64,000 bases of DNA. It comes from Mytilus californianus (taxonomy: Eukaryota). Under the pieces are notes generated by a model that worked only from the letters and a program-made list of their open reading frames with translations, ran no database searches and was not told where the DNA came from. The stretch lies in contig NW_026262712.1 of assembly GCF_021869535.1 (NCBI RefSeq), forward strand, positions 24,614,001-24,678,000, given 5' to 3'. Shown in pieces: positions 11,821 through 25,097 of the stretch (within the stretch, counting starts at the first letter, position 1; each line of letters opens with the position of its first letter). The position numbers were made by a program, and so were the translations under genes.

Positions 11821-11956
11821 AGTTAAAGCCGAATATTTGAAAGGCAAAGATGTATCAGAACACAAACAGATGAAGAGCTAAAAGACCAGCAACAACTTCC
11901 AACTTCATCCAAGGTCAACTTTGCAGAGGAAGTTGCAACCTTAGTTTCTGAATAAG

Positions 11957-12888
11957 CAGGCATGGGGCGAATTACATTGCAATGCAATGCATAATATAAC
12001 AATTACTTTGACAAAACGATGTATTAAATTACAATTACAATTACATGCATTTATCAAAGTAAGGCATCCTTTAGGCACATTCTACCCGGCCTTAACTTTC
12101 AAATGATATTTCTGAATACCCTACTGTTTCACAAAACCTAGCAAAGTTGATTGGTCTTCTATGTTTGGTTTTAAGGTTTTAAAGATATACATCTCTGCGT
12201 TTTCTCTAAAAAAGAAATTACAGAGATGAAGTTTGATACTTTTTTAAGTTAATGTTAACTTTACTTTTATAAATATACATTTGTTTGTTTTTTTACTATT
12301 TCAATCAAAATGTTTACTCAGATGTTCTTTCCTAATTATATAATAAACAAAGAGCCTAATCTATGACCAAGTGTCAAAATGGTGAAAATATTAATTGTAA
12401 AACAAACTAATAAGTGTTTTATGACAATGTTCAATTATCAGTTATTTAATCATGACAAGGTATGCATTGATCTTTGGACAACAATGGAACACTTTTACAG
12501 TAATGCTTTTTCAAATATAAATCTTCTTCTAAGGAAAATGTATGAAATACAATGAAATAAAAAAAAAAAGAACTCAATCTCATAAACAGTGGTGTGTTAT
12601 TCAATCAAGTGATTTATGTAAAGTGTGAAAAACAAATAGAAAATAGATGATTTTGTTCTTAGTTAATCAAGAAATCTAAATTTCTGTTTTAGTTAAATCT
12701 TCAACAATCTGTTAAAGATATATAGTATTTGAAAAAAGTAATGCATGTAATCCAATTTATTGCATGAAATTACACAACTTTTTGCTGAAGTAATGCATTA
12801 AATTACAATTACATGTAATGCAACCACTTGAAAACATGTAATTCATTACCAGGCATTATAATTACAAATTTGCATTACCCGATGCCTG
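11957..12888. mobile_element. hAT-type non-autonomous DNA transposon (932 bp)
   Basis: TIRs CAGGCATGGGG and CCCGATGCCTG, a perfect 8-bp TSD TGAATAAG (11949-11956 and 12889-12896), and many subterminal AATTAC/GTAAT repeats. Confidence 0.9.
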
Positions 12889-12981
12889 TGAATAAGTATC
12901 ATGATTGTAGTTTTCATTTTCAAATAGACGTTTTGTTTGTACTGTTAAATTGTACATGTTGTAATCATGGTAATAGAAAAG

Positions 12982-13790
12982 AAATGAGAGATGATTTTGA
13001 GGTTACAGGTACGTATATCACGGATTTAAGTGAAGTTTATCTAGCATCTAGAACATCAGGAACTGCTTATGAATATCGAAAAAAACCCAGATGTTATATC
13101 GATAGGTCAAAACGTCTCTAGGTCACGACTACTTTTTGCCTTCTTTGCGACCTTTCCACGTCAATGCAATGAATTCAATAAAATATATACATGTCAATTA
13201 ATAAAGTAAAACTTCAGTAGCAATAACATGAATAACTACGTTAAAAGAATATCGTTCGACAGCATTTCGAAATATATTGATTTAAGGTCAATATAACTTA
13301 CCCCTTTTTAACGTGTTTCTATTATTTGCACTACTATGTTTCGGATATTTAATTAACTGTATCTCAGAGAGTATATGCAGACTATGTAAACATACTTTTA
13401 AGTGCCCATGTGCAGTTCCGCAGGATCTAATTTGATGCAACATTTTATAAAATTCCACGCAATCTCATATTTACGTACCTTTTTCCTTAGTAACGTATAC
13501 ATTATTCTGTCCTTCAGTGTAACGATTATAATACCCAAGTCTTCCTTTGGGTTTCTCTTTGGGTCTCCCTGTGCGTCGCATATCGTTTAAAGATTGATTG
13601 TTCATTCAGTCATAAACAATCACTGTTGGATCGCTATTAAATTGTTTGGCGATAAAGTTTTGTTTGGAAGTAAAAGTTTGCAGTAAATGCTTAATCATAC
13701 GTAAGGATGTTGTGGATAGCATCCGAATAAAACAAAATAATTAAGGCCTCAAATGTTTTACGAGATTTTACTGCACCTTTCAGTAAATTA
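12982..13790 (-). pseudogene. Decayed coding-like segment of unknown family, copy 1 (paralog of 25098-26392)
   Basis: Collinear similarity to 25098-26392 with identical 25- and 29-nt blocks. Minus-strand peptide remnants include MNNQSLNDM, DPKEDLGIIIVTLKDRIMYTLL and SCGTAHGHLKV. Confidence 0.45.
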
Positions 13791-13934
13791 TATAAATAAA
13801 GCAGTCGGTTAATATTCTACGTTTTAGGTGTTAAAAATTCTTATACCTACTATGTATATGTACAATAATGGTGTAGCTAGTTGGATATACTCAAGGAGAC
13901 TTAATATCGGCGTTTATATTGGTGTAATAATTAG

Positions 13935-15240
13935 AATAGAAAAAATATCGAGCTCCAAACAAATTCAAAACGATCAGTTCCTTAAATAGTAAAATCAAAA
14001 GCTCAAACAAATCAAACGAATTAAAACAATGTGAAAACAACTATCATAGTCCTGACTTTGTAAAGGCATTTCCTTATGTAGAAAATAGTGGATTAAACCT
14101 TGTTATATAGCTCGCTGAACCTCTGACTTTTGTGACAGTCGCATACAATTCCTTTGTATTGACAACAATGTGTGGACAGACATATTAGGTAAAAATGTCA
14201 AAAATAGGGGTACAGCAGTTAATTTTGTATTATATTAATCACTATAAAGCAAACAATTATTTCAACAAAAAAGGAAATAAATAGCATACAGACAAAACAC
14301 ATCAGCAAAAAATGAAAGACAATGATACAAAAAAATCTCCATTGCACAGTAACACAAGGGCGGGATGTATAAGTACCAAGCCACGTCAAAAGTATATTAC
14401 TAAAATTGACTAAACAGTTAATGTTAATTATATACAAAGATAAATAAAAGAATACTATAACACGTAATCAAGATAATAAACAACGTCAGTACCTAGAATC
14501 AATATTTCAAGAGCTTTGGAGTTGATAAGGAATATTTATCAACAAGGTCTGATATCTTTCAATGAACTTTTTTTTAGAAAAAAGGACATAAGCCTGGTTC
14601 ATAAAATTTCTGCTCAGACAATGGTGACGTTTTGTAAAGTCTGAGTAGCAGCTGCAAGCTCTTGAATACCGAATGTGTTGGGAAATGTATATCCCATTTG
14701 CAGGTGAAGTTGTTATATTGCTACTAAGTTAAGGGAAATTTGTGGTTTCAGAATAAAAATCGTCTCTTTTGACATATATTCTGGTACTGAGATGACTACG
14801 TATGTCAAATGCGAGGTATAAGTCTAATAATGAGGCGGAGGGAACCGTGTCTGTTGTTTCTTTAATTTCTAGTTCTCGAGGATATATCAATAGAGCCCAA
14901 TCAGAACATTTTGGGTTTATAATGGAAAGAACATCATCGATAGATCTGAATTTAAAATTAATGTTCTGGATTCTTTTATCATCTTGTGTTTTGACAAGTG
15001 TTTTAACGAACTCCGATTCATATATAAATAAGAAAAGGTCGGCAAGTAAAAACGGCCAGTTCGTTCCAATAGGAATGCCGACAATTTGTAGAAAATTTTT
15101 ACCTCAAAATTCAACAAATATGTTGTCAATAAGAAACTCCAGCATACCAATTAATCACGTGTTCCACAGTGTAGCATGTTTTACCTTTTGTTAACTATTA
15201 ACAAAATATGCCGTATGGTATCCAAAAGTAATAAATTTAT
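13935..15240 (-). mobile_element. Decayed RT-terminal Penelope-like element, family A (RT core, thumb and 3' tail)
   Basis: Minus-strand remnants MLEFLIDNIFVEF...QIVGIPIGTN...LLADLFL...FRSIDDVLS...IYPRELEIKETTD...LDLYL. The 3' UTR matches 56100-56990. Confidence 0.85.
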
Positions 15241-15521
15241 AGCGCATGTTACCATTTTTATATTGAAAAGCATTGTTGATTATTTCTGTTAGACTATTCT
15301 TCAATTTCACATGAGGAATGGTGGTATACATGCATAAAAAATTAAAGATTTCAGAGAAAGACCGAGATTTAGAATTATCCAGATGTTTTTATACAGTTTT
15401 TTTTTTTGGAATCCACATATGATTTATACCACTACACGAGTAAACAGTTTCACAGTATTTCTGAAGACCTCTTTCACTGCGGACATATTTTTAGCAAATT
15501 ATAATTCCTTGACATATTGTG

Positions 15522-15619
15522 TTAATGTTGCTGTAACAGTAATTGATTGGGGGGTAATTGTCTTTTATTGTTATTAACCATACGACAGCTATCAAAACGA
15601 CCAGCAAATTTATCTGAAA
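15522..15619 (-). pseudogene. PAN-type exon 1 of paralog A, degenerate (early stop)
   Basis: Phase-1 acceptor (aattcag|TT), then SDKFAGRFDSCRMVNNNK, nearly identical to the start of 46201-46369. It then diverges to TAA at 15522. A TIC-G remnant lies out of frame further down. Confidence 0.7.
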
Positions 15620-16032
15620 CTGAATTCTAATTATTCTATAGTTTTGTCCTCAAAACAATGAAATTGACAACTTGTCATTTAATTTGGTGATAAACGGACA
15701 TCACGTGATGAAATATAACATGCATAACGTATATAATTGTATGATGACAAACTTTTAATTTGTATTTGATAATCTATATAGTAGTGTCATTCAGAAAGCA
15801 ATCATAAACCTTAAATGATATCATACTTTATTAATTTCGTGTGTGTGAAGCATTTATCTAAATTCATCGGAAATTCTCAAACTAAAAACAATTATAGCCC
15901 ATGATATACTAGACCCTTTAGCGTGAATAGTTATATGTCAAAAAGGGTTTAAAAATAGTAAAAATGATCTGAGTTCAATGTCGCACGAGGGAGTTAAATT
16001 TTGAATGAAAAAAACATATATATTTACATTAC

Positions 16033-16545
16033 CTTCTATATGAATTTTCCAATCCCCTGTGTCAGAAAAACTTGTATAAACTCCAATCCCTTTCACTGCA
16101 AACTGATTCGTACTGATCCAGCTATCCAACGTATTTTCAGCAACGACAAGGCCAGTTCCATATGTAATTTTTCCACCGGCCCAACTTATCCAAAATGGAA
16201 GATACACATTGCAGTTAAGAATATTCCGAGAATTTAGATATTGCATATATCGACTTCCAGCGTCTAACGAATCGTTTATTCGATATAAAATACGCAACTT
16301 CTTGTTGAAGCTATTACCAAATTGAATTTCATACAATGGTTTTGATGCATTTTTGACATCGGAATTTGAAAGAAGAACAAATGCGTCTTTATATGACTTT
16401 ACTTCATACATCAGGGACGTTATTCCACCAAGGTCAAGGTTATACTGATTGATGTATGTACTATACTTTATAATATCATGTGTTCTTCGTGAAGATATTC
16501 CATGGCCACTATTTGGGGTCGATACAGTTTTCAAGATATGTACAC
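16033..16545 (-). CDS. Internal exon encoding a Methyltransf_FA (FAMeT-like, PF12248-type) domain, paralog A
   Basis: 513-nt open phase-1/1 exon (ttgtag|GT...GAAG|gtaatg). Motifs: YEVKSYKDAFVLLS, PLYEIQFG, LNCNVYLPFWISWAGGKITYGTG, GIGVYT...GDWKI. Confidence 0.85.
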
Positions 16546-17280
16546 CTACAATATATACAAGTAAAGACATAAGAAATTCACAGACCTTGTCGGTCTTCGA
16601 ATAAAAAAAAATCTACCATAAAGTGGCGCCCTCCCACAGATAAAATCTATCAAAATGAACTTGAAATGAAGGATTCCATATATTCAATTTAATAAGGATT
16701 AATTTAAGTTCGCGGGTTCAAATTTCATGAATTGAGAAAAATCAGTATGTTAACGTGAATATTCAATTTCGTGGTTTTGTCAAATTCTGCATACAAGCCG
16801 GTAAAAAAGGTGTACGTCATTGAACTTATAACTTCATAGTTGACGATAGTTAGTATGAAACAAATGGTAAAATTTGAAAAAATATTCATATCTAAACCTC
16901 CAGAAATTGGCAATAAGGATCAGTTGAGTATTTTACTTTTCGGTATTAAGTTATGAACGAACCCTTTTCAAGTATAACATTCCGGCCACTGATACAAATT
17001 AGTTTATTGCACTCAGTTGAAAATTATCCAACATTTGTAAAGATTTTTGTGAAAGTTTAGAAAAAAAAAATGGAGAAATAGCTGAAGTTTACCTTTCGAT
17101 TTGTTTGTAAATGAGGACATAATGACACGAAGGACTTGGTTGAACTTTGTCTATGGCATACATGTGTCTCGTATGACCATGGACTAGTTCGACTTGTTAA
17201 AGTCTCTATTGAAGAACTATTCGTTACTCTATTCCTCGATTTTGACATCACACGATTCGACTGATACGACTTGACAAACT

Positions 17281-17501
17281 TAATGTTAACCAACTAATTT
17301 TCGCGAGCGATTTATTTTTGCGACTTTCGCGAGTAGAAAAATAACGCAAATAAATCGTCGCGAATATGTAAAACTTGGATTTTTCCATACTTGTCTAAAT
17401 CAAGTAAAATTGAGAATCGCAAAATCAAATTCGCCGCGACATGGGTCAAAAATGGCTATAAGCGAAATAAAATATTCGTGAAAATAAATTGGTTTACAAT
17501 A
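17281..17501. mobile_element. Short MITE with imperfect TIRs
   Basis: taatgttaaccaactaattttcgcga pairs with tcgtgaaaataaattggtttacaata. Confidence 0.7.
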
Positions 17502-20500
17502 TTTCTATTAGACAAGAAATAACGATTAAATGACAAAATATCATTAAACATAGCACACGATTTCGTAGATGACTATAGTCTATTTCGAACAAATATACCT
17601 ATCTGAGAGCTTTCAATTCCTTTAGGTGTGCGTTTCCCTTATAAAGGTTATAGAGACAGGTGCACCGGACCCAACAAATGTGTTATTTGCAATCAGTGTA
17701 ACATAAACTTCCACAAAGCAGACATTGTAAATTTGAAAATGGCAACAGTTCCTGTTTGCAATTTAACCGTCAAGTTTAAATACCCAATAAAAAAAAAGCC
17801 TTCCATGCCGACAGGTCTCTAAATACCAACATTTAAATGGTTAAAAGATAAACGCCTGCTGATACTATATTTACAGAACGAAATTCATGTTTGATTAGTA
17901 TAGCGTTAACTTCATATGAAAGTATAGTATAAAGCAAATTAATACCAACAAGTAAGCTAAATCCGGAATTTTTATTAAAAACAACTCGTGGAAGAAACCG
18001 ACTTTTATTTTGTTTCGCATGTTTCGCAAGAAACACATTCCGTTAAAAAAAATCCTAAAAATTAAAAGGTAAAACTAAATACGAAGTTAAAGAGTAATGA
18101 AGACAAACGATTGCAAATGATTTGTATGTGAAGCACGAACGCGAATATTCAACCAAATACAAGTTTTCTACCTGGCAGTGTACAAACTTTGATAAAGCCT
18201 TATAAAAGGTAAGATGTCCACAAAAAACACAGAAATCGTCCACAATACAAAAATAAATAGCCACGAAAATGAATGAAACCACCATGTTTGAAAATGGTCT
18301 TACCTCTAGTGGTAAAAACATGTAGGCATAACATTAATATTTCTGTATGCAAAACCATCTTAAACACCAAATTCATAAAATCCTGTGCTCATTTGATGAC
18401 ATGAAAAAAAAAATGAACAATTCATTCATTTTAAACATTTGACTTTTAAATGAAAATTTTAAAACATTATAATTATTCGATAATTAAAAAAAATCAATGA
18501 ATACCCATATTTGCATAACAATGTTTACACCATTACACCAAGAATAAATATATAAATATATCCGAAGATATTTATCAAATTATTGTATTGTAATAGTTTT
18601 AACAATGAAAAGTATGTACATAAAATATTAACCCTTCCAGAGCGTCGTGAAGATTGTTTTTATTTTATACATTTACTCATACATTAAACAAGTAGTCAAC
18701 CTTTAAAAGCCCGTACAGTTCTTTGTGTGTTCGATATTATCAATACATATACCCATGATTACATATCTTTGTACACATGATTACGCTCAGATTAATATGA
18801 CAAACACATTTGAAGACATACTCTATCAATTTGAAGTATTTCAAAAGTTTGGATAGGGACAACTCTGTAAATATATATAGTAACTGCCCTTATTATATGC
18901 GTTGTTAATATTGTTTGAAACAATGCATTAATTTTGTAGTTTAATTTTATATAATATTTATTTAACAAGCTACATGTTACCTTTGATAGATTTCTTAAAG
19001 AAATAAAGTTAATATGGGTCAAAAAAGGAGATATTTAGGTTTTCGAACCGTCGTATACTTTTTTTTAAACCAAACCTTACGAAACAAGTCATAGACTATT
19101 TCTCAAAAGAGATAAATGCAGTCTTATTAATCCAAAGCCGCAACTACAATTATAATGGGAGTTTTTGGACATAGAAATAAAGGTTACTTTGTATTGCTAA
19201 AATGTTAGACAACTTATAATTCAAACAAGCTGATGATTTCCTTGGTTTGAATTTAAAAAGGAATTCCCAATAAATTTGTAATAGAATATATGTTTTTATG
19301 ATTATAAAGTAAATGCATTTCAAATTAAATAGATAAAAGTCATTCAATTTATTAAGTAGAAAATAATTTTGTCGACTTCCGCATTTTATATTCTCGTCAA
19401 ACTAAACATCATATTTCAATGTTTTTTTTTTATTTTAAGTTTTGTGACTTTAAATTGATCTTCACATGACATAAGCTCTGCTGTACTCGATTGTGAATTG
19501 GCAATATTTAAACAACTGTTACACAAGTGGTAGGTATGTATATATCTATTTAATCATTTTAACACATATAACCTACTATTTAATGCCTCTACCAAGACAA
19601 GAAAATGACAGTTGTTTTCCATTCGCTCCTTTGATGATAAAGTCGACCATTTGATCTTTATACAGGTTATTGACCTTTGACTTTTCTTATTTACCTTGGA
19701 CTTCGGTAGTTTTGTCAATACATTTGTTTTACAAGATAAGTGAAAGGGTACCCGTTTAACATTTTTAAAATGTTCTTTTGAAATAATTTCGTATAATCGA
19801 AGGTAGAGATTTGATAGATAAATAATGTCATAAAAAACAATATTTTTCCCCCTCATTACTACAGAAAACAAGATAAAGTTGATAGGTTGCTAGTTGAATA
19901 CCGCCTCTCAAAAAGGAAAACAAAAAGAAAAATATGTCCCTAACAAGTTTTATGAAGTATCATCAAAATTTATTATTTAAGATTTTAGTCGACAAAAAAT
20001 GTAACACCATATTCACAAAAATGTATGATTAAAATGTTTTTTAAAATTAATGCAAGGTTAATACAAAATAATTACACCAACTGAACAATACCTTTATTAC
20101 AAAAGTTGAAGATGACCAGGAGGACAATTGATTGACCGACAAAGATCACGAGGTTAAATCCTATTTAAAATTGCCTAATTCGCATAAAAAAATGTAAAAT
20201 AGATGATCGGCTGTCATGTTTTTTTTCCCAGCGCTTTTTATCTGGTCTGCTAATAAAGAAACAAAATAAATTACAAATTTGCTATGCAGATTTTATGTTT
20301 TCCATCTGTAGTTTTCTATTATATCAGTAGGCAGTTTTATCTTTCAAAATGTTTGGTATATGAAATAGCTGACGAGTCGAAAAATGTAAAGGTAAATAGT
20401 AGTACATATTTGAAATAAGGAATGTATGGGAATACACCGAATGAAACAGATAACCAACATGGCTACACAATTTTGAAAAGATATAAACAATATGTGTTTG

Positions 20501-21587
20501 AAATAATCATCTCAAAAATAAAAACATTCTACATTGTAAAATAGTATATCATCAAGTAATCTATATAGTTTTAAATCAAAATAGCTATTTTTTGTAAAGA
20601 TATTATTATTTTTAATCTAATAATCAAATCCTTTTAAATAATAAATGCTTTATATAAATGATTATCAAGTTAGATGCTTGAAAAAAGCCTTTGATATAAA
20701 TTCAGGTGTAAATCTGAAAATCTACACATAGTTACTACAGGAATACAACTAATTACAAAAGAACAATGACTTATTTCAAAATTGAAAACATCCTATTCGT
20801 CGTAAGGTTTTTCTTTAAACTGTTCTGTTGTCTATTTCTACATGTACGTATGAATCTGAAAATTAGGAATACTCATGGATCACTATAAAAATAACGTAGT
20901 TTTTTAAAGACTGTTATACATTATTATAAATATAATGTAACATAAAAAGCAGAACAAAAAATTATTTTAAGAAATAAGTCATTATAAATTTGGCTGGAAT
21001 TGATTCTTTCTATATTTTACTTTTATTTGACATTGGCACCATTTTTTTTTTCTCAAATGCTAATAAACAATACCTAGTATTCAAAAAATGTTTTTGTTAA
21101 CTATATCAAACATGTTAGATAAAATCATGAAAAGAAAAGTAGGGTTAGCGGGCAAATTTTTGACGACACTACATGGATAAAACAAGAGGATTCCGAATAT
21201 CTGACAAAGAGTCAAAAACAAGTCCAACGAACATCAACAAAGATTCTTTAGAGAAATAATGTTAAGTAATCTACGACTGTGTGATGTTTTATATGTCATA
21301 GTCATAGTCGGTAGTTCCAGTACTTTCATGACAGAATGGATTGATCGTTCTTCCTCATTACCTTCCTTTAAAACATGAGTTCTGACTTTTGTTTTGGGAG
21401 ATGCACATGGGTGGTTGTAGTAGTCTCATGACATCGAAGTCAGTATCAAATACTAGAACAGCTTTGGGTTTACCTTTTTGTAAGCCCTTTACAATCCTCC
21501 TTCAAATCGTTAGCTTTTGCTTTGATACTTATAAGCCTCGTATCACCGATCAGTTTTTCATATATATTTACCATTTACCGGCAAATG

Positions 21588-21900
21588 TATAAAAGAAGAC
21601 GCTGTGGTATGGTTGCCGATGGGGCAATTATCAATCAACGATCAAAGGATGAAAAAAAACCTTACTACATATGAATAAAGCCCATACCGTAAAGTGACCT
21701 GAAGACACCAGCATGACAAAATTTCAATCAGTTCAGAAAAGAAAACATACAGCCTGAATTCTGCTAAAATCAATAAATGAAAAGCAAATTTTCCAAACAG
21801 TAACAAACAGCAACAACTGAATTACAAGCTACCAACTACATTTAGAGACACGTGCAGGGGCTATTTCAGGGTTAAACATGCTTGTAAGCGTCCAATAGAA
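21588..21900 (-). mobile_element. Highly decayed 3' tail of PLE family B
   Basis: tataaaagaagacgctgtggtatggttgcc...aaagcccatac...gggttaaacatg resembles 41861-42180. Confidence 0.55.
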
Positions 21901-22479
21901 ATGTTATATTCCGTATGTCTAAATCAAATCTATGTATCTATGGATGAATTTAGTAAATGTTTTAAGTTATTTGTGGCAACAAATTCTCTTTGAATTCGTT
22001 ATTTACAAGTTATACAAAGAATACCGGGCGTCTTTCCGTTTGTCCGTCTGTGTGTCCTTCCATCTCTGTGTTCGTCCGTCCGTCCGGTGTCACGGGTACA
22101 TTTCTTGCCAGATTTTTATAAAACTTATTTTATTTTAGTTTTGTACTGAGCACTATATAAATTTAAAGATATGTTAAGGGTGAATCAGTCTTATGGGAGT
22201 TGCTAGTATATAGTTCATGATGCCTATAGATTCTATTTTACACTTTAAAGCTCTGTTTTACACATCTCACCACAAACCTTTATTTACTTAATTAAAATCA
22301 ATGTTGCTACGTTTACAATAACCAAGTAAAAAAGTGTATGTTCTATATTTAGACTTTTCTCTGCTAGAAAAATTACCGATTTGACCTTTACGCTCACAAC
22401 TACCAAAATAGTAGCCCGTTGTACGAGGTTTTTTTTTATGTATATACAGCTATCATTTTGAAAATTCATATTTTAGTGT

Positions 22480-24990
22480 TAAGACTGTGGAAAATCAGAG
22501 TTAGTTTAACTGTTTACAACTTCGCCCTTCAAAAGTGCTTATACTGAAGGAAACACAAAAGTTGCGCACGACGATGAAGGTCTCATGTTTATATGAACAT
22601 ATTTGGGAAATACAGTTGAAATCAAAATCTATACTTATATTAATAAACACATGTGACGTTGTGCGGACTTCGTTATGGAACTTCTATTGTAACGTTATTC
22701 TACCATGTGGTTGTTACTCTATACCTCAATGGTGATACACCTTTTGACTTTTGTTTCCTTCACAATATTATAGTGCCATGACTGCTGGAAAATGTCTACA
22801 AACTTAAATAGAACACGTTCGGGACAAAGGAGCTCTCTCACAAAGCTTTTTTGGAGATTTGAGGATGTGAAATTTAACGAAGAATTCTAAAGAGATAAAC
22901 TTTCGATCCTTTTTTATTTCATTATTGATAAGCACAGATTTTTATCGGACTTAAACCCTGCGATTATCAGTTAATTATCGGAAGAGGAACTTGAGTATGC
23001 TATAACTTTAGAGACGAAAATACAAAAGATGCGTAAATTTCTAGAATCGACCGCCCGTACTAACTATTCACTTCTGATAACATACAGTTCACCTAACCCT
23101 TTAGCCCACAAGTTTGATGTCAAAAGAAACTAAATAGCACCGTTCGATTAGCAAAAGGTGCACGCTCCTCATATGTCAAACAGAAGTAGCCAATTTTACA
23201 AATCACTTGAACATACCCGCGGTCCGTGACTGAATTAAAGTACCAACGCCTATTTTTAGCCTGGATTGTTAGTATTCGTATTGTCACTTGATAAAGTCAT
23301 GATGATTATAAGGTGCACATTTTACTCTGCTTTCAAATTCTATTTTTTTCCCGTCCTGATTTTCTTGCTGCAACTTTATCCCTTATATTGTATATAATTG
23401 TTTTTATATTTTTTCATTTTTTATATTTTGAGGATGAGCGAATCAGGCGAAAGTATGTTCATATATTTTATTGCATTGTACTTATCGTTTTGGGGGAGGT
23501 TAACTTTCTGGTAGTTAGACCCGTCAAGGCCAGGCTGGGAAACTGGGAAGGAAAAATTAATGCTTACATTAAATCTGTACCGTCCTTTACACCATACCCC
23601 ATGGTGATACTCCTATCAAAGGAGCAAGATACAGAACATACATACAACCGGAAACTACATGTGACATATACTATTGGTATCGGTATCGGATTCGACCCGG
23701 AACTTGTTAATTATTGGTAATGTTAATTATGTGGAAAACAAAAGGGCCTGGAATGGTGTAATTTTTAAACAGCACCATTGTCGTATATTAGTTATATATA
23801 AAGTTGAATTCTTTGATTCGTCGTTTTTAGTCATGCCGGCTACCAAATTGGAACTCGTTATTTTAGTATTATAGATGAAAGTTAGAACTTTCTAAATTCT
23901 AAAGGGGCTTTGACTACAATTTCAGGATTTGCATCACTTATACCTAATATGATAGATAACTTTCCAAGTATAAAAAAGGATATAAAATCACCCGTGAACA
24001 TGGTTTAAAACAGTTGTCACTTGATGAACTCGGACAACGCTTATTAAATGAGATAAGTATTCTAGAAATCTGACAAAGAGTTAATTAATAATCCGTTGAA
24101 ACATAGAATAATCACAAGCACAATGTATCTTGCAAAAATTTATACGCAAAATGACAATTACAAAAAGCCTTATGGAATCGCTAACAATCGAAAGCCATGC
24201 ATTTATTGCGAAAAAGTCTCATAGCCCTAATATATGTATACCTATTGTTAATCAAAAATCACGCCTAGAAGTCAATCATTGATGAACATTCAAATTGCAC
24301 ACAAAGAAGAGGAATATGATTTAGAAAATGTCTTGAAAATCGAGTCATTGGGAATTACAGCAAAATTGCCATCGGAAGACGATCATGAACCACTACCGTC
24401 CAACATCGACAAACTAAAAGCTAGACATCAGATCATGTAATACAAAGACTCAGAAACGATCCATTTTTTTCTCAGAAAATATGGCGAGATTATTACCGAT
24501 CAGGAAAAGAGAGGTTTTATTGAATAGATATACAATCCAACAACAAGACGGAACATGCACATAATATCCCTCACCATTCAGTCACGAAAGATTCAACGAC
24601 GACACCAATCCGACTGTCGTCGATCACAAGACACGCCTAGTTTGAATGAATGTTTGTGCAAGGACCCACCGATCTTAACTTACATATCTACACTATTGAT
24701 ACGATGTAGAGAGAATAAATATGCTGTTGTCACCGATATCGAGAAGGCGTTTCTTCAAATCACGCAAGACGAAAAAGACAAAGATTTGACGAGATTTTTC
24801 TTGCTAAAGGACTCAACAGACCCTAAATCAGAGTTGATTGCTTACAGCTTTAAAGCTATACTATTCGGTGTAACTTTTTCACATTTATAGTATATGCGAC
24901 ATTACTGAAACATTTACGTGAAAGTCGTCATATATCAGACATTTTTATATAGGGATTATACGTCGACAACATAATTGCAGGCTTGCTGAG
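22480..24990 (+). mobile_element. Decayed, internally deleted BEL/Pao LTR retrotransposon
   Basis: PBS-like tagtgccatgact at 22771. gag start MSTNLNRTRSGQRSSLTKL at 22792, then EEELEYAITLETKIQKMRKFL, REHG...NEISILE and a knuckle CIYCEKSHSPNIC. RT remnants SLNECL...DIEKAFLQI...TRFF...LFG and YVDNII. The LTR boundary is approximate and no 3' LTR was seen. Confidence 0.75.
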
Positions 24991-25097
24991 GGAGTTGTGA
25001 CCTTAGTTTCTAAATTAATATGCTAGTAATCATTTTCAGATCGACGTTTAGTTCGTAATGTTATTTTGTAATAGAAACATGTGTTATATAACATGAT

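Noticed and set aside
18190-18290. Signal-peptide exon for paralog A (MVVSFIFVAIYFCIV)
   Set aside because: The only nearby donor is phase 0, not the required phase 1, and no counterpart is visible in the duplicated C block.
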